Both the position numbers and the translations under genes were made by a program. 40,149 nt of DNA from Candidatus Eiseniibacteriota bacterium (lineage in GTDB: Bacteria; Eisenbacteria; RBG-16-71-46): contig JAXDBZ010000038.1 in the NCBI GenBank assembly GCA_034678345.1, positions 1-40,149 of the forward strand, given 5' to 3'. Shown here piece by piece: positions 14,383 through 22,411 of the stretch. Numbering within the stretch: position 1 is the stretch's first letter; each line of letters begins with the position of its first letter. The notes below the pieces were generated by a model, which worked only from the letters and a program-made list of their open reading frames with translations, was not told the origin of the DNA and did not search any database.

Positions 14383-17300
14383 ATGCACGCGAACCGACTC
14401 CATCCGCTCGCGACGGGCGCCCTCGTCCTGGCGCTCGCCTGCCTCTTCGGCGGTCTCACGCCCGGCTCGGCCGGTGCCCAGTGCGAATACCCGAGGCTGA
14501 ACAGCGGCACGCCGGTCGCGGTCGGCACGTCGCCCAGCTTCTTCAGCTTCGGCCAGCCCGTCAACTACTGGACCGTCATCGCGGTGCAGCCGCCGAGCGC
14601 CGCGGACTGGGACCTCAGCGTCTGGCAGGACACCTACACGTACCCCGTCTGCGTGTCGAACCTCCTGGCGGGCTCCTCGTACGGCGGCAGCACCGTGGAC
14701 TTCGTCGTCGGGGACTACAACTTCAACGCCTACGGTACCCGCTACGTCCAGGCCAATCTCTACTCGGGGACGGGAGACGCCACGGTGGAGTGGAACGCCA
14801 CGGACGGCCTGCTCGGCGTCAACGCCGCCGCCTTCCAGGTGGACTTCGCCGGGGGCACCTCGCCCTTCATCCACGTGTGGGACGTCGCTCTGGAGGCCGG
14901 GCGAACGTACCGGTTCAACTTCTACCCGTACGGTTCGGCCGCCAGCCACCTGCTGCTATTCAGCAACACCGGCCAGGGGACGTGCTGGAAGCGGCGCGCG
15001 GACGCCGAGTTCGACGTCACCTCGAGCACGACCTACGTCGCGCCCGTCACGGGGTACTACGGCCTGGTGGTGGTCAACGACAACGCGGCGGGCGGCACGG
15101 TCATCGCGAACGTGGAGGCCTGCACGACGCCCATCCCCCTCGTCAGCGGCGTATCGCAGTCGTCCGATCTGGTCTCCAACTACTACTCGTTCGACCAGCA
15201 GCAGAACTACTGGACGGCGATCGGCCTGCGGTGCGACGGCAGCTCCGGGTTGAGCGTGTACCGCTCCGCGCCGGGCGACATCACCACGGGCTGTCTCGCG
15301 GACGAGCTCGCCAGCTCGAGTCCCTTTGCCGGCATGGCGGGCGTGGTGGTGGGGGACTTCAACTACAACACGCCGGGCACGTACTACGTCGGCGCCTGGC
15401 GCTCGATCAGCCTGCCGCCGCTCACGGGGGTCACGCAGTGGGACGACGACCGCGACCAGCTGACTGTGAACGGCATGCTCACCAACGGGACGATGAGCAG
15501 CAGCGACGTCGTGCGCGCGTGGGAAGTGTACCTGTACGGGGGCACGACCTACCGCTTCACCTTTGGCCGCAGCGGCGCCGACCTCAGCCTGCTGCTCTTC
15601 CGCAACCCGGCCGCAGGCGAGTACTGGGCGGGACGGTCGAGCGCGGTCCTGAGCACGGAGGGCGACGCCGACTACACGGCCCCCAGCTCCGGTCTCTACG
15701 GCGTGGTGATCGTGAACGACGACGGCGCCGCGGGCTCCTACGCCGTCGGGGTCGGCACCTGCACGACGCCGGTGGCGCTCACGTACGACCAGCCCTGGGT
15801 CACCCCGCTGGGGGAGAACTACGTCTCCTGCGACATGGTGTGGGCGGGCTGGGAAGCCCTCGGCGTGCGGGGCAGCGACCCGGGGACCGACTGGGACATG
15901 GTCGTGCAGGGCACGGACGCCGCCGCCTTCCCCGCGTGCCGCGGGCCGGACATCGCCGTCTCGGACCTGCCGCCGCCCGCGGCGGACTTCGCGATGGTGT
16001 TCTTCCCGAACCCCTACAACGGAATCCGCCACGCGTGGCCGCACACCTACTACGGCCAGGGGAGCGGCACCGGCACGGTCACGTGGACGGGCGCCTACTT
16101 CGGGTTGCTCCCCAACGACCAGTTGATCCAGTGCACCTTCCAACCGACGGGCCAGTTCCTCTTCCTGCGGACCGCCAGCCTGACCGCCGGCCATACGTAC
16201 TGGCTCAGGTATTACGGCCCGAGCACGTCGGACGGCCGGCTGATGCTGTTCCGCAATCCGTCCAGCGGCGAGTACTGGGTGCCCCGCAGCGGTGCCGTGG
16301 CGCAGACCACGGGCGGCGAGGACACGCCCTACACGGCGCCCGCCACGGGATACTACGCGGCGGTGGTCGTGGACGACGCTAGCGAGGTGTCCGACCACGC
16401 CCTGTTCGGCATCGGGGAGTGCACGCCGCCCACCGCCCTCTCCTCGGGCACAGTGGCCTACTCCCTCCTCGCCCGGACCTACTACTCGTTCACGGAGTCC
16501 AGCCCCTACTGGACCGCGGTGGCGGCCCGCGTCCCCGCGCCGTGGAACCTCGGCGCCTACGCCAATCCGAGCGGCGGCACCTACCCCGAGTGCCTGAGCG
16601 GCGGCCTCGCCGCGTCGGAAGGTGGCTCGATGCGCGCCGCGGTCTTGGTCGGCGACTTCAACCACAATCCCTACGGCACGTACTACCTGTACTCCGGGAT
16701 CGAGGGCGGCCTGTGGTACATCAGCGGGGCGTACGTGGACTGGCAGGCCGGCTCCCAAATGATCGGCGTGGGCGACCCGCCCGTCGCACGCACGACCGGG
16801 CCCGACGACGTGCTGGAGGTCTGGGACTGCTGGCTCGAGCCGCAGAAGGACTACACGTTCAAGCTCAGCCACGCAGGGGCAGCGAACCTCAAGCTGCTCG
16901 TCTTCCGCAACACGGGCGGCGGCACGTACTGGGCCGGGCGCGACGACGCGCAGGTCGAGCTGACCGGCCAGGCGACCTGGAGGACCACCGGGACCAGCAG
17001 CGAGTACTACGGGCTCGTGGTGGTCAACGACAACGGCGAGTCGGACAGCTACACGTTGCAGGTGGTGGACGCCGGTGCCTCGGCGGTGGACGACGCGCCG
17101 CCCTCCGCCACGGAGTTCGGGAGCGTCCGGCCCAACCCGGCGCGGGGAGACGTGCGCCTCGAGTTCGCGCTGCGCGAGGCGGCGGACGTGTCGTTCCGGG
17201 TCCTCGACATGGCCGGGCGCGTGGTGGCGACGCTACCCGCGCGGGCCTGCAGCGCGGGCCGGAGCGCCGCGACGTGGGACGGACGCGGTCCGGACGGGTC

Positions 17301-17385
17301 CCGGCTGCCCGCCGGGGTCTACCTCGTGCGGATGGCGGCGGGCGGGAGGGTCATCGGCACGCGGCGGGTCGCGCTGCTGGATTGA
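14383..17385 (+). CDS. 1000-aa secreted protein: signal peptide, four tandem ~215-aa modules, and a FlgD-Ig/T9SS-type C-terminal sorting-like domain
   Basis: Signal peptide: MHANRLHPLATGALVLALACLFGGLTPGSAGAQ. The C-terminal ~90 aa (from about 17113) read RPNPARGDVRLEFALREAADVSFRVLDMAGRVVATL...GVYLVRMAAGGRVIGTRRVALLD, which is typical of FlgD-Ig/por-secretion-tail domains. See the repeat feature for the module structure. Confidence 0.85.
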   Translation: MHANRLHPLATGALVLALACLFGGLTPGSAGAQCEYPRLNSGTPVAVGTSPSFFSFGQPVNYWTVIAVQPPSAADWDLSVWQDTYTYPVCVSNLLAGSSYGGSTVDFVVGDYNFNAYGTRYVQANLYSGTGDATVEWNATDGLLGVNAAAFQVDFAGGTSPFIHVWDVALEAGRTYRFNFYPYGSAASHLLLFSNTGQGTCWKRRADAEFDVTSSTTYVAPVTGYYGLVVVNDNAAGGTVIANVEACTTPIPLVSGVSQSSDLVSNYYSFDQQQNYWTAIGLRCDGSSGLSVYRSAPGDITTGCLADELASSSPFAGMAGVVVGDFNYNTPGTYYVGAWRSISLPPLTGVTQWDDDRDQLTVNGMLTNGTMSSSDVVRAWEVYLYGGTTYRFTFGRSGADLSLLLFRNPAAGEYWAGRSSAVLSTEGDADYTAPSSGLYGVVIVNDDGAAGSYAVGVGTCTTPVALTYDQPWVTPLGENYVSCDMVWAGWEALGVRGSDPGTDWDMVVQGTDAAAFPACRGPDIAVSDLPPPAADFAMVFFPNPYNGIRHAWPHTYYGQGSGTGTVTWTGAYFGLLPNDQLIQCTFQPTGQFLFLRTASLTAGHTYWLRYYGPSTSDGRLMLFRNPSSGEYWVPRSGAVAQTTGGEDTPYTAPATGYYAAVVVDDASEVSDHALFGIGECTPPTALSSGTVAYSLLARTYYSFTESSPYWTAVAARVPAPWNLGAYANPSGGTYPECLSGGLAASEGGSMRAAVLVGDFNHNPYGTYYLYSGIEGGLWYISGAYVDWQAGSQMIGVGDPPVARTTGPDDVLEVWDCWLEPQKDYTFKLSHAGAANLKLLVFRNTGGGTYWAGRDDAQVELTGQATWRTTGTSSEYYGLVVVNDNGESDSYTLQVVDAGASAVDDAPPSATEFGSVRPNPARGDVRLEFALREAADVSFRVLDMAGRVVATLPARACSAGRSAATWDGRGPDGSRLPAGVYLVRMAAGGRVIGTRRVALLD
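14482..17070 (+). repeat. Four tandem protein-level repeat modules (aa 34-247, 248-460, 461-680, 681-~896), each ending in a PPC-like (pre-peptidase C-terminal-like) beta-sandwich signature
   Basis: Modules are delimited by Cys codons at 14482, 15121, 15760 and 16420. Recurrent strings: NYWT(V/A)I, VVGD(Y/F)N(F/Y)N..GT(R/Y)YV, (T/D)Y(R/T)F(N/T/K)(F/L), LLLF(S/R)N...(E)YWAGR, Y(V/T)AP..G(Y/L)YG(L/V)V(V/I)VND, then ...C(T)TP. Divergence is at the protein level; there is no long DNA identity. Confidence 0.8.
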
Positions 17386-17419
17386 GCGTCGCGCCGGGCC
17401 GCTCCCGGTCGCCGCGGGC

Positions 17420-18568
17420 TCAGAGCGCCCGGGCCAGCGCCTGGTAGCCGCGCGCGGCGGCGACCAGTTCGGCCTCGCTCACGCTCTCGTCCACCGCGTG
17501 GGCGGCCGAGATGTCCCCGGCGCCGTAGATGAGCGTGGGCAGGCCGCGCCGCCCGGCGGTGGCGGTGGCGTTCGTGCTGTAAGGGGCGTAGAACACCTCG
17601 GCGCCGAGTCCCGCCTCGCGCAGCGCCGCCCGCGCGCGCCGGGCGTGCGCGGCGTCCGCCGGGACCGCCCAGCCGGGATGGAACGCCTCGACCGTGAAGG
17701 CGGCGCCGGTGTAGCACTCGAGCGTGCCGGCGTGGAGCGACACGGTGATACCGTCGAGCCCGGCGAGCGCCTCCACGAACTCGCCGAGCATGCCGTCGCG
17801 CGTCTCGCCGCGCACCAGCCGGCGGTCGAAGCGCGCGGTCGCCCGGTAGGGCACCATCGCCGAGCCGGGCCAGGGCAGCGAGCCGATCTCGACCAGCTCG
17901 GCGTGGCCGCGGCCCAGCAACTCGTCCTCGCGCGGCGTCATGGCGCGCACGCGGGCGATGGCCTCGGTCAGCCGGTACACCGCGTTGACGCCGTTCTCCG
18001 CCCGCGAGGTGTGCGCGGCGCGGCCCGCGGCCTCGACCACGAGGCTCGCCCGGCCGCGGTGGCCGAGGCCGACGGCGAGGCGGGTGGGCTCGCAGACGAC
18101 CGCGGCGCGCACCGCGTGGCGCTCGAGCAGGTGGCCGACCGCCAGGCCCTCGATGCGCTCCTCGCCGACGCTGGCCGAGACCAGCACGTCGCCGGCCAGC
18201 TCCGCGCGCGGCAGCAGGCCGATGCCGACCACGGCCGCGGCGAGCGAGCCCTTGACGTCGGTGCTGCCGCGGCCCCAGAGGCGGCCCTCCGAGCGCTCGG
18301 CCGAGAACGGCGGGAAACGCCACGCCGCGGGCTCGGGGGCCGGCACGACGTCCATGTGCGCGTCCACGAGCAGGGGCGGCCCGCTCCGTGCGCCGCGCCG
18401 CCGGCCCAGCACGCTGCCCAACTCGTCCACGCGCACCTCGTCGTAGCCGAGTGCCGTCATCGCCCGCGCGACCGCGGCCGCCGTGTCCTGCTCGCGGCCC
18501 GAGAGGCTCTCGATGCGCACCAGCTCCTGGCCGAGGGCCAGCGTCCCCGACTCCAGCTCCGTCGTCAT
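17420..18568 (-). CDS. M20 family metallohydrolase (ArgE/DapE/acetylornithine deacetylase-like)
   Basis: 382 aa. Matching segments: LLVDAHMDVVP, GRGSTDVKGSLAA, SVGEERIEG, GHRGRASLVVEAAGRAAHTS, YGAGDISAAHAVDESV. Confidence 0.85.
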   Translation of the reverse strand: MTTELESGTLALGQELVRIESLSGREQDTAAAVARAMTALGYDEVRVDELGSVLGRRRGARSGPPLLVDAHMDVVPAPEPAAWRFPPFSAERSEGRLWGRGSTDVKGSLAAAVVGIGLLPRAELAGDVLVSASVGEERIEGLAVGHLLERHAVRAAVVCEPTRLAVGLGHRGRASLVVEAAGRAAHTSRAENGVNAVYRLTEAIARVRAMTPREDELLGRGHAELVEIGSLPWPGSAMVPYRATARFDRRLVRGETRDGMLGEFVEALAGLDGITVSLHAGTLECYTGAAFTVEAFHPGWAVPADAAHARRARAALREAGLGAEVFYAPYSTNATATAGRRGLPTLIYGAGDISAAHAVDESVSEAELVAAARGYQALARAL

Positions 18569-18594
18569 GCTCGCGTCCTTTCGCCGCCGAAGCG

Positions 18595-18623
18595 TTGCCG
18601 CCGCGGCCCCCGCAGGCTAGCAT
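18595..18623 (+). promoter_or_regulatory. Candidate sigma70-like promoter for the class V aminotransferase gene
   Basis: TTGCCG (18595-18600), a 17-nt spacer, then TAGCAT (18618-18623). The SD GGAGGAG immediately precedes the ATG at 18659. Confidence 0.35.
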
Positions 18624-18658
18624 GACGCGAAGCGGCACGCCCAAGACCCGGAGGAGAC

Positions 18659-20194
18659 ATGGCCGAACACCGCTTCCCGCCGCTGGTGGACCTGGAGGAC
18701 GACACCCCGCGCACCGCCGTCGTCACGTGCGACGAGGCGGAGGAGCGCGCCTTCCTCGAGCACCTGCGGCGCGGCGTGGTCGGCGCCGACGCCGTCCTCC
18801 ACACGCCGGAGGGGGACAAGCCGCTCCTCTACTTCGACTACATCGCCTCGGGGCGCTTCCACCGCGCCGTCGAGGACGAGCTGGCCACCCGCGTGCTGCC
18901 CTTCATGGCCAACACGCACACAGAGTCCTCGAGCACCGGGCGGCTGATGACGCGCTACTACGAGGGAGCGTTCCGCCGCATCGCGCGCTACCTGAACGCC
19001 GGGCCCGACGACGTGCTCATCCCGGTGGGCTCGGGTTCGACCGGTGCGGTGAACCGCCTCATCCACGTCCTCGGGCTGCGCATCCCCTGCCAGCTCGAGG
19101 ACCGCTACCACCTGTCGCGCTACGTTCCCGAGGCCGAGCGCCCGGTCGTCTTCCGCAGCCACATGGAGCACCACAGCAACGACATCACCTGGCGGGAGAC
19201 CATCGCCGAGAGCGTCTACGTGGACTTCGACGCGCACGGGCGGGTGAGCCTCGAGCACCTCGACCGCCTGCTGGCGAAGCACGCCGCCCGGCCGCTCAGG
19301 ATCGGCACGTTCTCGGCCGCCTCGAACGTGACCGGCATCCTCAACGACACCACCGCCATCGCCCGCGTGCTGCACGCGCACGGGGCGCTGGCCTTCTTCG
19401 ACTACGCCGCCTCGGGCCCCTACGTGGACATCGACCTGCACCCGGTGGGGGACGACGGACGGCCCGACGCGGCGGCCGCCAAGGACGCGGCGTTCTTCTC
19501 GGTGCACAAGTTCCTCGGCGGGCCGCGCACGCCCGGGCTGCTGGTGGCGGACCGGAAGCTGTTCACCAACCGCGTGCCCTCCGAGCCGGGCGGCGGCACG
19601 GTGCTCTACACCTCGCCCACCGAGCACGTCTATCTTCACGACTTCTTCCGCCGCGAGACCGGCGGCACGCCGCCCATCGTCGGCAGCGTCCAGGCCGGGC
19701 TGGCGTTCGACCTCAAGCACGGCATCGGCACGGTCCGCATCCGCCGCGTCGAGGAGGACTACCTGCGGCGCGCGCTGGCGGAGTGGACCCGCGACCCGAA
19801 TCTGGAGATCCTGGGCAACCTCGAGGCGGAGCGGCTGGGGGTGGTGTCGCTCATCTTCCGCGGCGTGCACCACAACCTGGCCTCGGCTCTGCTGAACGAC
19901 TTCTTCGGCATCCAGGTGCGGGGCGGCTGCATGTGCGCCGGGCCCTACGGGCACGAGCTGCTGCACATCGACCAGCGGGTCTCGCTCGTCATCAAGAAGC
20001 AGCTCGAGCAGGGGCACATCGGCGTGAAGCCCGGCTGGGTGCGCATCTGCTTCTCGCCGGTGACGGGGGAGAAGGAGTTCCAGACGCTGCTCGAGGGCGT
20101 GGCGTTCGTGGCGAAGCACGGCCACGAGTACTACGACCGCTACACGCTCGACGACACGACCGGCGAGTGGAGGAGAACCGCGGGCGCCGTCTAG
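18659..20194 (+). CDS. Aminotransferase class V-fold PLP-dependent enzyme (cysteine desulfurase/selenocysteine lyase-like superfamily), 511 aa
   Basis: Matching segments: ANTHTESSSTG, PVGSGSTGAVN, HHSNDITW, SAASNVTGIL, FFSVHKFLGGPRTPGLL (PLP lysine), RGGCMCAGPYGH. A strong SD is present. Confidence 0.75.
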   Translation: MAEHRFPPLVDLEDDTPRTAVVTCDEAEERAFLEHLRRGVVGADAVLHTPEGDKPLLYFDYIASGRFHRAVEDELATRVLPFMANTHTESSSTGRLMTRYYEGAFRRIARYLNAGPDDVLIPVGSGSTGAVNRLIHVLGLRIPCQLEDRYHLSRYVPEAERPVVFRSHMEHHSNDITWRETIAESVYVDFDAHGRVSLEHLDRLLAKHAARPLRIGTFSAASNVTGILNDTTAIARVLHAHGALAFFDYAASGPYVDIDLHPVGDDGRPDAAAAKDAAFFSVHKFLGGPRTPGLLVADRKLFTNRVPSEPGGGTVLYTSPTEHVYLHDFFRRETGGTPPIVGSVQAGLAFDLKHGIGTVRIRRVEEDYLRRALAEWTRDPNLEILGNLEAERLGVVSLIFRGVHHNLASALLNDFFGIQVRGGCMCAGPYGHELLHIDQRVSLVIKKQLEQGHIGVKPGWVRICFSPVTGEKEFQTLLEGVAFVAKHGHEYYDRYTLDDTTGEWRRTAGAV

Positions 20195-20628
20195 GCCAGC
20201 AGGTTCCTCGTGCGCCCGTAGAGCGAGTATCCGCCGGGGCCGGCGATGAGGATGACCAGGGCCACGACGCCCAGCACCAGCGGGTACTCGTAGCCCTCGC
20301 CGCGGCCGCCCACGGCGTGCCAGTTCATGAAGAAGCCATTCGCCGCGTGCAGCTTCCAGATGCCGACCGCCATCACTCCGGCGTAGCCCAGCGCCGCCAG
20401 CCGGCTGAGCACCCCGAGCACGAGGGCGATGCCACCGAGGAACTCGACGGCGATGACCAGCCAGGCCAGCGCCGGCGGGAAGCCGAGGTGCGCGACCTGG
20501 CGGACGAACGCGGCCGTGCCGGCGCCGCCGAAGAGGCCCAGCAGCTTCTGCGCGCCGTGCGCCCACATCACCCCGCCGAGCGCCAGCCGCAGGAGCAGCA
20601 GCGCCAGATCGTTCAGGTTCGGCTTCAT
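20191..20628 (-). CDS. DoxX family membrane protein
   Basis: 145 aa with four hydrophobic segments. N-terminus LALLLLRLALGGVMWAHGAQKL is typical of DoxX. Its stop overlaps the convergent stop of the aminotransferase gene. Confidence 0.75.
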   Translation of the reverse strand: MKPNLNDLALLLLRLALGGVMWAHGAQKLLGLFGGAGTAAFVRQVAHLGFPPALAWLVIAVEFLGGIALVLGVLSRLAALGYAGVMAVGIWKLHAANGFFMNWHAVGGRGEGYEYPLVLGVVALVILIAGPGGYSLYGRTRNLLA

Positions 20629-20681
20629 GTCCCGCCCCCCGGTTCCACGTCCTGTGTGCGACGGCGCACGTCGCGCCGCAG

Positions 20682-20726
20682 GATAGCACGCCCGCCGGGT
20701 TGCCGGAACGCCGGGCGCGTGCTATC
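20682..20726. promoter_or_regulatory. 10-bp perfect inverted repeat overlapping a possible extended -10 promoter upstream of the DUF47/PiT operon
   Basis: GATAGCACGC (20682-20691) and GCGTGCTATC (20717-20726) are exact reverse complements separated by 25 nt. TTGCCG (20699-20704), a 17-nt spacer, then TGcTATCGC lie within the repeat. Confidence 0.3.
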
Positions 20727-20780
20727 GCTTCCGCGCCTCGATCCCGGTGTCCCGGACTCCACCCCGTTCGCGAGGGCCCG

Positions 20781-21395
20781 ATGATCTCCCTGTTCCCCAA
20801 GGACGAGAACTTCTTCGAGCTGTTCCGCCGCCAGGCCGGTCTGGTGCGCCAGGGCTGCGCCCAGCTGGACGAGATGATGCAGGAGTTCGACCGGCTGGAC
20901 GAGCGGGCGCGCGCCCTCAAGGACGTCGAGCACCAGGGCGACCTCGTCGCCCACGAGCTGTTCGAGCGGCTGAACCGCACCTTCATCACGCCGCTCGACC
21001 GCGAGGACATCCACGACCTCGCCAGCAACCTGGACGACGTGCTCGACTCGGTCGAGGCCATCGCCAGCCGCATCGTGCTGTTCAAGATTCCGCAGGTCAC
21101 GCCGCAGGCGCAGCAGCTCACCCGCATCGTGGCAGCGTGCGGCCAGCAGATCGAGGGGGCGGTGGACCACCTGAAGGACTTCAAGGGCATGATGCCCTTC
21201 ACCATCGAGATCAACCGGCTCGAGAACGAGGCCGACATCCTCTCGCGCGAGGCGGTCGCCGACCTGTTCACCGGCGAGCACGCCTTTCTCGACGTGATCC
21301 GCTGGAAGGAGATCTACGGGCGGCTCGAGAGCGCCGCGGACCAGTGCGAGGACGTGGCGAACACGATCGAGGCCATCGTCCTGAAGAGCCGCTGA
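20781..21395 (+). CDS. DUF47/PhoU-like phosphate transport regulator (YkaA-type), partner of the PiT transporter
   Basis: 204 aa from the internal ATG at 20781. Matching segments: LFPKDENFFELF, HQGDLVAHELFERLNRTFITPLDREDI, DDVLD, EADILSREA, KEIYGRLE. It sits 2 nt upstream of a PiT gene, which is the classical pairing. Confidence 0.8.
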   Translation: MISLFPKDENFFELFRRQAGLVRQGCAQLDEMMQEFDRLDERARALKDVEHQGDLVAHELFERLNRTFITPLDREDIHDLASNLDDVLDSVEAIASRIVLFKIPQVTPQAQQLTRIVAACGQQIEGAVDHLKDFKGMMPFTIEINRLENEADILSREAVADLFTGEHAFLDVIRWKEIYGRLESAADQCEDVANTIEAIVLKSR

Positions 21396-21397
21396 CC

Positions 21398-22405
21398 ATG
21401 GACGTGCCGTTCAGCGTCATCGCCATCATCGTCATCGCCCTGGCCTTCGACTTCAGCAACGGCTTCCACGACGCCGCCAACTCCATCGCCACCGTGGTGA
21501 GCACGCGCGTGCTCACGCCGCGGGCCGCGGTGGCCTGGGCGGCCTTCTTCAACTTCGCCGCCTTCCTCGTCTTCGGCGTGCACGTCGCCCGCACCATCGG
21601 CAAGGGGGTGGTGGACCCGTCGGTGGTCACGCCGCCCATCATCCTCGCCGCCGTCGTGGGGGCGCTGCTCTGGAACCTCATCACCTGGTGGCTGGGCCTG
21701 CCCACGTCCTCGTCGCACGCCCTCATCGGCGGGCTGGCGGGCGCCGCCCTGGTCGCCTCGGGACCGCAGGCGGTGATCGTCGGTGGCCTCGTGCGCATCG
21801 CCGAGTTCATCGTGCTGGCGCCGCTCATCGGCCTGGTGGCCGGCTTCGTCATCACGCTGGTCGTCTTCTGGTCGGCGCGGCGCGCCTCGCCCCGCGGCGT
21901 GGACGGCCTGTTCCGCAAGCTGCAGCTGGTGTCGGCCGCGGCCTACAGTCTGGGCCACGGCGGCAACGACGCGCAGAAGACCATGGGCATCATCACCGCG
22001 CTGCTCTTCTCCACCGGGCTGCTGACCGGCGAGTTCCACGTGCCGCTCTGGGTGGTGCTCATCAGCCACGCCGCCATCGCCGCCGGCACGCTGTTCGGCG
22101 GCTGGCGCATCGTCAAGACGATGGGCATGAACATCACCAAGCTGCAGCCGGTGGGCGGCTTCTGCGCCGAGACCGCCGGGGCGCTCACCCTGTTCGGCGC
22201 GACGCTGGGGGGCATCCCGGTCTCGACCACACACACGATCACCGGCGCCATCGTCGGTGTCGGGGTCAGCTCGACGCAGCGCCTGTCCACCGTGCGCTGG
22301 GGCGTGGCCGGACGCATCGTCTGGGCGTGGGTGCTCACCATGCCGATGGCCGGGATCATCGGCGCCGCCACCTGGTTCGTCGCGCACGCCCTGGGCATGC
22401 GGTAG
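21398..22405 (+). CDS. Inorganic phosphate transporter, PiT family
   Basis: 335 aa. Matching segments: FDFSNGFHDAANSIATVVSTR, LPTSSSHALIGGLAG, GHGGNDAQKTMGII, PVSTTHTITGAIVGVG. Confidence 0.9.
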   Translation: MDVPFSVIAIIVIALAFDFSNGFHDAANSIATVVSTRVLTPRAAVAWAAFFNFAAFLVFGVHVARTIGKGVVDPSVVTPPIILAAVVGALLWNLITWWLGLPTSSSHALIGGLAGAALVASGPQAVIVGGLVRIAEFIVLAPLIGLVAGFVITLVVFWSARRASPRGVDGLFRKLQLVSAAAYSLGHGGNDAQKTMGIITALLFSTGLLTGEFHVPLWVVLISHAAIAAGTLFGGWRIVKTMGMNITKLQPVGGFCAETAGALTLFGATLGGIPVSTTHTITGAIVGVGVSSTQRLSTVRWGVAGRIVWAWVLTMPMAGIIGAATWFVAHALGMR

Positions 22406-22411
22406 CGGCCG

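Noticed and set aside
20191-20194. 4-nt overlap of the convergent stop codons of the aminotransferase and doxX genes
   Set aside because: It is real in the sequence (CTAG shared by a TAG on each strand), but it is a trivial consequence of tight packing and not a functional element I can support.
18617-21271. 884-aa minus-strand ORF; also 18388..20784 (+), 22356..23996 (-), 22517..24367 (+), 14956..16872 (-)
   Set aside because: Each overlaps a motif-supported gene on the opposite strand or in another frame (class V aminotransferase, DoxX, DUF47, S41 peptidase, repeat protein). Each has a low-complexity composition.
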